Source of the DNA: an uncultured SAR86 cluster bacterium
GTDB taxonomy: Bacteria > Pseudomonadota > Gammaproteobacteria > Magnimaribacterales > D2472
Assembly: GCA_943846785.1 (NCBI GenBank)
Contig: OX044367.1
Span: 914,831 to 978,830 of the forward strand
DNA: 64,000 nucleotides
Direction of reading: 5' to 3'
The translations under genes and the position numbers were made by a program. The notes under the pieces were generated by a model. It was not told the DNA's origin and searched no databases. It saw nothing but the letters and a program-made list of their open reading frames with translations. Shown piece by piece: positions 10,546 through 18,909 of the stretch (position 1 is its first letter; the number at the start of each line of letters is the position of its first letter).

Positions 10546-11488
10546 TAAACTTAATCCTTTTTATGTTGCTTTATATGCTTCAATTCTGTTTCTTTTTACT
10601 TTTTTTGGTTTAAGTGCTCTTGGTCTTATTCAGTCATCAGTTGGTTTAGAATTTGTTGGACAAGCATCTAGATGGTGTGAAACTCTTTCAGATGGACTTT
10701 TCAGAGAACCAGTCAACACCCTAAGTAATTTAGGGTTTATGGTAGTTGGACTCTATATTTTTTGGATCATTTCAAATGAAGAAACTAACTCAGATAATGA
10801 ATTTTTTGGCCCCTCTAAAGTAGTTATTCTTTATGCATCTGCAGCTGTATTTTTAGGCCCTGGCTCTATGCTTATGCATGGAACAAATACTTTATGGGGT
10901 GGATGGGCTGATAATCTTAGTATGATTATGTATATAGTCATACCATGGCTTTATAACGTTTATAAAATGAGCAACTGGTCACAGCAGACTTTTATAAAAG
11001 CATATTTATCTATCATAGTAATCTACTCTGTATGGAGATGGTTTACCGATTGGGGATTAGGAATTAATTTCAACTTATTTTCAGTTTCTATAGGTTTGTG
11101 GTTTATCTCAGAGGTCTTATATTTCTGTAAAAATTTCTGGTCAGTATGGATAAGATTTTTTTCAGGTTTTGTAGGCTTTGTGGTTCTTGCATTATTTGGA
11201 ACGCTTCCTGCGGAAGTATTTGAGAATATTAATGAGTATTGGTGGATTATATTTTTCTGGTTACCTGGATTATTGGCTAACTCTAAGCCTGAAGGTAAAA
11301 GAACCTATATTTATTATTTATTAGGAATGGTTACTTACTTCGCTGCATTTTTTATCTGGAACTATGGAGTTCCAGATAATGAATACTGTAAACCTGACTC
11401 ACTAATTCAAGCTCATGGTCTATGGCATTTATTATCAGCTGTAGCTACTTACTTCTTTTTTCTACACTATAGATCTGAAAGAGTTTAA
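10538..11488 (+). CDS. polytopic membrane protein, alkaline-ceramidase-like family
   Basis: About 7 TM segments. WCE...EPVNTLSNLGF near TM1-2, LMHGT, and a C-terminal HGLWHLLSA motif resemble the ceramidase (PF05875-type) pattern as I recall it. 8-nt overlap with the amidohydrolase. Confidence 0.5.
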   Translation: MINKLNPFYVALYASILFLFTFFGLSALGLIQSSVGLEFVGQASRWCETLSDGLFREPVNTLSNLGFMVVGLYIFWIISNEETNSDNEFFGPSKVVILYASAAVFLGPGSMLMHGTNTLWGGWADNLSMIMYIVIPWLYNVYKMSNWSQQTFIKAYLSIIVIYSVWRWFTDWGLGINFNLFSVSIGLWFISEVLYFCKNFWSVWIRFFSGFVGFVVLALFGTLPAEVFENINEYWWIIFFWLPGLLANSKPEGKRTYIYYLLGMVTYFAAFFIWNYGVPDNEYCKPDSLIQAHGLWHLLSAVATYFFFLHYRSERV

Positions 11489-11531
11489 GTTGCTGCACTA
11501 TAAAATAGTTTCACATCCGGTACCATCAAGA

Positions 11532-11564
11532 AAATCAAGAACTCTTTTTTTATCTTCTTGATTT
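11532..11564. terminator. A/T-rich hairpin between convergent genes
   Basis: AAATCAAGAA (11532-11541) pairs perfectly with TTCTTGATTT (11555-11564). The loop is 13 nt and T-rich. The stem is weak because of its composition. Confidence 0.35.
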
Positions 11565-12529
11565 AATAGGTCGAACTCATTCTTAATCCATTTAGGCATT
11601 TGGCTTGATAAGGAAAAGTTTTTTGTTTCCACACAGCATTATCTATCTTCATTTCCCATGTTTCATCGCCGTTTTCAAGAGCTTTAGCATTTGACAATAA
11701 TGCCGGTATATACATTTTTCCAACTTCTTTTAACAGATTTTTTAGTGATTCTGGGCTATCCTCAAGTTTTGTCCATGCGGTATTTTCAGCATCGTGTCCT
11801 GAAAGATCATCTAAAATATCAACCCATGCTACAGTTCTCAATGAATATTCATATGCTATTTTTCTTGGTGTTGGATCAAATCCAACTAATTGGGTAAGTT
11901 GTCCATAAAAAGAAAAATCAGATGAAGAAGGTTTTGTACCTAACAAGAAAGGGCTATTCAGTAGAGTGTTCTTCCATTAGATTTAAAAATCTTTTATAAC
12001 TTGCATCAATAAAATCAGCAGTCCCATCATTTGAACCTACAACCCATAACCTATCTATCTGCCTCTTTGATACAAACTCCTTATATTGCGCAAGTGTTTC
12101 ATTTGGGGTATTCACAGCAATATCTACCAATGGGAGTATTGTTCCTGCAACATTCGCGTCCTCTTCAAAATACCATCTGTAGTGAAACATGTATTTGGTA
12201 ACCCATTCATCTCCAAAATCTTCAAGCAAATAATTTATAAATGCCAAGGCGGGGTCATCTGGAACTATCTTTCTTTCAGTAAATTCATTTTCCAATCTTC
12301 TTATTATTGGAGTTGAATCAGTAGTTGCTACTAATGAACCATCATCATTTGGTAATAAAATTGTTGGAAGTAGAACTGGCTTTGGTAGATCTATACCAAG
12401 TTTAGTAATTTTCTTAGCGATATCACCATTATAAACAATATAAGGGATATGCCTATACCTGAATGCAGCTAATATTTTTTGAGTATAAGGTGAGGGTGTT
12501 GCACCAAAAATCTTAATTTTTTCAGTCAT
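11563..12529 (-). pseudogene. GST-like protein (thioredoxin-fold N-domain plus GST C-domain), split by one frame change
   Basis: The 191-aa ORF (MTEKIKIFGATPSPYTQK...) ends at TAG 11954-11956. The second frame is open from 11976 and reads ..LLNSPFLLGTKPSSSDFSFYGQL.., a GST C-domain motif. The switch must lie in 11957-11976. Confidence 0.7.
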
Positions 12530-12559
12530 ATCTATACTTATATTTTTACAATTATTCCT

Positions 12560-13639
12560 TCATTGGGATTTATATTTCCAACTCACAATTTGATTATAAG
12601 TTTCTATAAAATTTTCAAGACCATCAATTTCAATAACATTCATCCAGTCTTTACTTTGATTAGATCTCTTGGCCATAAATTCATTAGTTCTTTGGTTATA
12701 GCCTTCATAGCCCCAATCTTTAAATCTTTTTTGGATATGTGCTGGTGCAAAAAAGAACTCAGTTCTTTCTCTTAACATTGCTTGTCCTAATGCATCTTCT
12801 GCTGTTACCTCATTCTCCCAATGAGTCATTCCAACTGTGTAGCACTTGAGCATATTATTTCCTAGTGAACCATGAAGTGTTCCTAAAATTTCACGACTTC
12901 CTGCCATATCAACCATAACAGTCTTGAGATCACTATTTACTGAGGATAGTTGATCATATGAAATAACTTGATCATAACAACCTAACTTAGTTACAAAATC
13001 AGTATTTTTTGAAGATGTAAGTCCAATTATAGTTGGGGTTTGTTCTGAGTCTTTAAGACCTTGTGCAAGACCTATTGCTGTTTTGCTTGAAGCACTAACA
13101 ATAATAATTTGATCTGCATCAAGATAAGCTTCATCTTCAAGCGCATCGCAAATACAAAAGGAAGTTATATGGAGAGGGAAAAGGAGTGATCTAAGATTAT
13201 CCTTGGAAGGATCATAATTATTATCTCCATTAACTCTAATATAATTATTGTATACAGCAGGTAAATCTTTTCGATGATCTTTACCATCACTAAAACCCTG
13301 ATCAGTAATTTTTATTGGGTTAATGATCAGTGAGTCAGCAGGGGGGAAGTATCCAAATAACCTTTCACCTTCTTTGATACAACTATTTTTTGATTGAGTT
13401 ACATTCGCAAATCCCCAGACTGGTATACAGCCCCAATTCATTATTTAAATCCTCTATTGTCTTTAAAGAATTGCCAGTAACCAATCGTATCTCCAGCAAC
13501 CCCATAAGTAACATTGTTTGATGTGAAAGCAAAACTTTCTATTGATACCGAGATTTCTCCTTCTTCAATTTCTAAGCTTTGTGTCTGAATAATCCTTGTT
13601 TTTGAAAGATCACTTTTTAAATGTTTGTAATTGCTTCAA
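12560..13639 (-). pseudogene. DUF2855 family protein, two frame changes near the 5' end
   Basis: The 293-aa ORF starts at ..NWGCIPVWGFANV. Upstream frames encode (TTG 13637-13639) MKQLQTFK / SDLSKTRIIQTQSLEIEEGEISVSIESFAFTSNNVTYGVAGDTIGYWQFFKDNRGFK. One break is at the A5 run (13614-13618). The other is confined to 13441-13447 and includes an A3 run. Confidence 0.65.
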
Positions 13640-13644
13640 AATTA

Positions 13645-14055
13645 TTATTCTTTAACTTCTATATTAAGCTGTCCAGCTAGTCCTGCTACTCTATGTTTGT
13701 TACTTTCTAAGTAATCAGGAGTCTGTTACCATTTTGAGCATTGCCTTTCTACTTGGATATCTTGCAATAGCAACTTTATCCCAAAGCTCTTCCACTCTCT
13801 CCAAGCATCAAGCGACTTACAGAGCCACCAAAAGACCATTCAGCCGCCAACTTTTTTTAAGTGTTCAAGGACTTCTTTGCCATATATAGCATAGGCTTCT
13901 TCGCCTGTGAGATCGCTATCTCTTCCATCTTCGTATTCAGCTTTTTCTTTAAATTTTAAAAGGTTAACCATAGCAATTGGAGTATCAGTATCACCTTCAA
14001 GAAATCCTTCCATTTGTTCTTTAGTGGGATGAACACTGTTGTTAAATTCCATCAT
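13645..14055 (-). pseudogene. DUF1330 domain protein, three +1 frame changes
   Basis: Spliced reading: MMEFNNSVHPTKEQMEGFLEG..EHLKK / AEWSFGGSVSRLMLGES / EELWDKVAIARYPSRKAMLKMVTD / PDYLESNKHRVAGLAGQLNIEVKE*. Breaks lie at the A7 run (13852-13858), within 13779-13807, and within 13718-13725. Confidence 0.65.
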
Positions 14056-14670
14056 TATTCCCCTAATGTTATAGCTTTTTGAAACGCTGGCCTGGCTTCA
14101 ATTCTAGCTACATAGTTTTTAATATGATCCATATCATCTGAAACACACCCTAGTCTGTTAGCCATAAAACATGAATGCCCAAGCATAAGATCGGCTGCTG
14201 AGAAATCCCCAACTAAGTAATCTTTATCTGCAAGGTTGTCGTTAACTGGTACAAGAGATTTGGCTATCAGATTTTGCGCTTGTCTTAAAACATTCTCATC
14301 TCTTCTATCAGGCGGCAATAAAATTGTTTGAACAACAACTTGATTCATTGGAGGCATAACCATCCCCTCACAATAATGAAACCATTGAAGATAATATGGG
14401 AACTCTTCAGAATTAGAGTCGGGTTTTAGACCACCATCTTTATGACGCTCAAGAACATATTGAATAATAGCTCCTGATTCAAAAATAGAAACTTCCCCAT
14501 CCTCTAACACTGGAACTCTTCCTAACGCATGTCTCGACCTATGTTCAGGTGATTTTAAGTCCTTCCTTGGTAAATGGCATGATATTTACTTCATAATCCA
14601 ATCCTAATTCTTCGAGAAGCCAAACAACTCTTCCAGCTCTAGTGCCAGCAGTAAAATGAACCTTTAACAT
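14055..14670 (-). pseudogene. glutathione S-transferase, one frame change in an A4 run
   Basis: ATG 14668-14670 gives MLKVHFTAGTRAGRVVWLLEELGLDYEVNIMPFTKEGLK. The continuation [29 protein letters not shown].. is in the +1 frame. An A4 run at 14553-14556 lies inside the switch window. Confidence 0.75.
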
Positions 14671-14712
14671 AAATAATCTCCTTCTATTTTTTTACCATTT
14701 TTTGTGCATTTT

Positions 14713-15363
14713 TTATAAATTCTTCTTTGTCTTTTCATCTTTTAATATACTTTCCCTATCTACAGGTATTTTAGTTCCTTTAATCATGCCTGGTTGCTCA
14801 TACATCCTATCTTTCCATTTTTCTAAATGAGTTAACCCATCAAGAGATACTCCAGACCAATTATGTGTTCTAACCCAACACCAATTAGCTATATCAGCTA
14901 TTGAGTATTCTCCTGCAAGCCATTCATTTTTAGAAAGATGAGTATCTAAGACCTCAAAAAGACGTCTTGATTCATTTTGATATCTATCAATAGCAGGTTG
15001 TAGTTTTTCAGGAAAGTATCTAAAAAAAACATTTGCCTGACCCATCATCGGACCAATACCACCCATTTGAAACATTAACCATTCTGTAACCTTTGCTCTA
15101 CCCACAACATCATCTGGTATAAGTTTCCCAGCTTTATCTGCTAAATAAAGCATGATTGCACCTGATTCAAAAATAGAAAGATCATTATCTGTATCTATAA
15201 TTGCAGGGATTCTTCCATTAGGACTTATTTTTAAAAAATCAGGTTTTTTTTGATCACCTTCTCCCAGATTTACTGAATGAAATTCATAAGGCATTTCAAG
15301 TGCCTCCAATGTACAAGACACTTTATGTCCATTAGGTGTAGATGCGGTATATAGATGAATCAT
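14713..15363 (-). CDS. yfcG: Nu-class glutathione S-transferase (YfcG-like), intact
   Basis: [53 protein letters not shown] closely parallels E. coli YfcG as I recall it. 216 aa. Confidence 0.8.
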   Translation of the reverse strand: MIHLYTASTPNGHKVSCTLEALEMPYEFHSVNLGEGDQKKPDFLKISPNGRIPAIIDTDNDLSIFESGAIMLYLADKAGKLIPDDVVGRAKVTEWLMFQMGGIGPMMGQANVFFRYFPEKLQPAIDRYQNESRRLFEVLDTHLSKNEWLAGEYSIADIANWCWVRTHNWSGVSLDGLTHLEKWKDRMYEQPGMIKGTKIPVDRESILKDEKTKKNL

Positions 15364-15369
15364 AAAAAA

Positions 15370-16448
15370 TTACTCCTTGATAAAGTCCACTAATACCTTA
15401 GATAGTTGTTTTGGTCTTGTCCACTGAAAAAAATGTCCTCCACCTATTTGTGGGGCACTTATTGCATTTGGAGCCATCTTAAGAACATCTTTTTCAATTC
15501 CATTTGTTACTGGATCATCACCAGCAAAAATAGATAAAAATGGTTTATCTGATGTTTTAAAAAAAGCACGAGCTTCTTTTTGAGCTTCTAATGATTGATC
15601 TGGAATTATTGGGACATGGCTAGGCATTGCTCTTGGCCCCATTTTATATGACGGATCAGGAAATGGAGCCTCATACGCTTTCATTAAATCAGTATAAAAG
15701 GGTGATATCTTTTCTAGTCCTATCTTTTGTAACAGAATAGTGGATATAGGCTTTGACCGGAGATCTTGTCTAAACGTGACTCTCCATTTGCATTGCAGTT
15801 AAGTAATACCAATTGGAAGATTTTTTGAATCCCAAGTGAAATTTTTGCCAGTACATAAATTTTGTTGCCATGATGTTTGTATCTCCATCCATTTTTAATT
15901 TCTTTCATTACCATTTAAAGAAGCTTATTTTTTTATTGGACTGCTCTAAACTCTTTACTTCATCAATAACTTCTTGAGGAGTATTTGGATTATATGGAAG
16001 ACCTGTATTTCCCATAGCAATTTTTAAAAATCTATCTGGATCTGCAGCAACCATTCGCAAGCCAATTAATCCACCCCAGTCTTGGCCAAAAAAAGTAAGA
16101 TTTTTAAAATCATTTACTCTTCAACCACTCACCCATCCAATCTACTTGATTTTGGTAAGAATAATCCTCTCTTGCAGCAGGTTTATCGGATTTTCCATAA
16201 CCTATTAAGTCTGGTGCAATAACCCTTATTCCTGCCTCATTTAAAATGGGAATCATTTTAGCGTATAGGTAGCTCCAAACGGGTTGTCCATGCATTGCTA
16301 ATAATATTGGCCCATCTTTTGGCCCTTCATCAATATGATGAACTCTAAGCTCAGTGCCATCTTTGGTACGGATATATGTGTATATTGGATTATAAGGATA
16401 GTCCTTAATATCTTTAAATTGTGAATCAGGTGTTCTTAGAACTTCCAT
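15370..16448 (-). pseudogene. haloalkane-dehalogenase-like alpha/beta hydrolase, at least 3 frame changes
   Basis: The N-terminal ORF (..HHIDEGPKDGPILLAMHGQPVWSYLY..) stops at 16110-16112. The +1 frame continues [39 protein letters not shown], carrying the nucleophile motif. The C-terminal ORF has KAYEAPFPDPSYKMGPRAMPSHVP...GGGHFFQ. The middle (about 15690-15925) needs several more switches that I could not resolve. Confidence 0.75.
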
Positions 16449-17095
16449 CTAAATCCCTCCGTGTAATTTTATATTTTCAATAAGATCATCAAACTTATCC
16501 TGACCAAAAAAGTAGTTCCCCTTATAAACAGACAGGGGAACACCATGATGACCTGCTTCCAACTGATCAACTTGATTTTGTTTAATTTGGTTAACTAATT
16601 TAGCTTCATTTTTGATTACTTCTTCTTTAATTTCAGAAAGCTCAATATCAAAATCTTTTAATATTTCTGCTATATGATTATCTGTATTCCAATGTTTTAC
16701 TGACCATATTTTTTCTGAAAGTTTATAAGCAAACTCTATACCGTATCCTCTATTTGTCATTTCTTGACCCATATGACAAATATCAAAAATATATGGCTGG
16801 TCCTTAGCAATTTTAGCTGTAAAAATATTTTGTTTGATTGGGTCTGGTTTTACTGGAAGATTTAGAGGCATATTCAATAATTTAGCTTTTTTCTTAAAAT
16901 CTGACATGGTAGATAGAAAAAAGAACATATTTTTCTTTTCAAACCATTCAGGCATTCTTATTGCAATTGGATATACAAGCTTAAAATTTACATTAATATT
17001 TGACTCATTTTTAAGCTTTAACATTCTTGGCAGTATTAAATATGAATAGGGGCTCCTGTAAGAAAAATATAGATCAACATTTTATCATTATTCAT
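16449..17095 (-). pseudogene. DsbA-like 2-hydroxychromene-2-carboxylate isomerase family protein, one frame change
   Basis: ATG 17093-17095 gives MNNDK.., and the SPYSYL motif (..YRSPYSYLILPRMLKLKNE..) is in the adjacent frame. The C-terminus has HHGVPLSVYKGNYFFGQDKFDDL. The switch lies within 17039-17083, which holds a 5-nt run (17063-17067) and a 4-nt run (17080-17083). Confidence 0.7.
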
Positions 17096-18768
17096 TCTAA
17101 ATTTATAATTTTTTGTAATTTTTCATTTCTTAGCCTCTTACTTACATGTTGTTTGGCCTTTGTCTTATCTTCTATCTGTTTTGGTATATCTGTTGTGACT
17201 GGCATAAAGACTGATTGAGGCCAGCTTGGCTCTGGCATTGATTCAATATGAGTATTAAGCTTTGCATGCAATAGACTTTTTAAAGTTAACTCTGACATTG
17301 CATAGATTATTTTGTTCATATGGATCATTTTTAAGGTTATATAAATACTCTTGTTCATTTGGAAATTTCGATCTTATTAACTTCCAATCATTATGAATAA
17401 TTGCCTGATAGGTTGCATTTTTCCAATAAAGAGTTTCATGTGGTTCCCCACTCTTTTCATTAGTTAAAAAGGGAATAAGGTTTATACCATCTATTTTAAT
17501 TTCTTTTAGGTTGTTCAATATTCGCAGCTCCTAATATAGTACTAAAAATATCTGTGTGGTGAATTCGTTTACTAAATACCTGATTTTTATCTATTATTGA
17601 TGGCCACTTTGCAAAAAATGGCACATGCACACCTCCTTCAAAATGAGTAAGCTTCCATCCTCGATAGGGCTTATTTATATCATGCAGACCAATATAACCA
17701 GCGCCACCATTATCAGAAGTAAAGATTATTAAAGTATTCTCAGTTAAACCATTTTCTTCAAGTGCATCAACAATTTTCTCAATTGATCTATCAAGAGCCT
17801 CTATCATTCCAGAATAGACTTGAAGCGTATGGTTTTGCATATGTTTGTGCTTTTCATAATCTTTCTTAAGTGACTGTAAGGGGTTGTGAGGCGCAAAATG
17901 ACCCAAGTAAAGAAAGAATGGCCTATCTTTATTATTGTTTATTACATTTACAGCTTCATTAGTATAGTAATCCGTTATGTATCCACCAGGCTCAAATGGC
18001 TCTACCTCCATTAAAACTTACTGCAAATTGTGATGATGCCCAAACCATATCTTCAATACTGCTATCTATTTTCGCATTTACAACATCTGGATGATTTTTA
18101 GGAAGATATAAACTGCTATTAAGCATTAAACTATCATCAAAGCCTTGATCATTAGGTTTCATTCCATCTGTAAATCCACCTAAATGCCATTTACCAATAT
18201 GAGCAGTGTAGTAACCATTATCTTTAAGCAATTCTGCAATTGTTATTTCGTCACTAGGAAGTCCTCCAATCGTTAGACCAACTTCATCCCACTGAACATC
18301 ATCCAGCTCTATGGTTTCCAACTCTCCATCGCGTCTGAGTAAATTCATTATCCTCGCCGCATTTGCAGGGTAGGGGGTAAATTCAAACCCATATCTACTC
18401 GAATATCTTCCTGTCATTATAGATGCTCTTGAAGGAGAACATACTGGGCTTGCTGCATAACCATTAGTAAAAGCAATACCATCTCGTGCAAGCTTATCTA
18501 TATTTGGTGTTTTAAGTGACCCATCAGCTGCACCACCATTATAAAAAGAAACGTCATTAAACCCCAAATCATCGGCTAGTATCAAAATAATATTTGGTTT
18601 TTCCGATATAACTCTTTCTTTATTAGCTGGCCAAATAATTTCTCGGTTTTCTGCAATTGGATTACTAAAATTTAGCGATAAAGGAATTAGTGTAAGCGCA
18701 ATTTCTTTTTTAAAGTTCCACCCAACTGCAATGCATAAAAGTATTAAAAATATAATTTTTTTTTTCAT
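17092..18768 (-). pseudogene. Cys-type arylsulfatase, three frame changes
   Basis: Four overlapping ORF pieces of 258, 171, 87 and 88 aa. Signal peptide, ADDLGFND, and the CSPSRASIMTGR formylglycine motif. The junctions splice as ..SFN/EVEPFEPGGY.. (about 17992-18011), ..NIEQPK/EIKIDGINLIPF.. (A4 run, about 17496-17518) and ..DPYEQNNL/..AMSELTLKSLL.. (about 17255-17300). The stop overlaps the next gene's start (ATGA). Confidence 0.8.
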
Positions 18769-18909
18769 TTCAGTTTAAATCTTATTATATTTAAAGAATT
18801 AAGGTATGCGTTTTTTTGAAAATCATTTATGCATGATTGCACAAAAAAAAATTTACAGACTATAAATGGATATATAAACTTGAAATGTTGTTTAAAAAAG
18901 TTTGAACCA

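Noticed and set aside
13441-13450. Possible programmed -1 ribosomal frameshift at TTTAAAT in the DUF2855 gene
   Set aside because: The heptamer is not in the X_XXY_YYZ register of the incoming frame, and I see no downstream structure. The site is one of at least 14 similar breaks in the neighbourhood, so a simple indel or base-calling error is far more likely.
15720-15914. 64-aa ORF between the two dehalogenase fragments
   Set aside because: It is one of the shifted frames of the broken dehalogenase gene, not an independent gene.
17027-17218. 63-aa plus-strand ORF across the sulfatase/isomerase junction
   Set aside because: It is antisense to two recognisable genes, and its hydrophobic, low-complexity translation is typical of AT-rich antisense frames.
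18829-18909. ATG 18829 as the MBL hydrolase start
   Set aside because: The extra 27 aa (MHDCTKKNLQTINGYINLKCCLKKFEP) precede a typical signal/anchor sequence that begins at the ATG 18910 methionine. The downstream start is more plausible.
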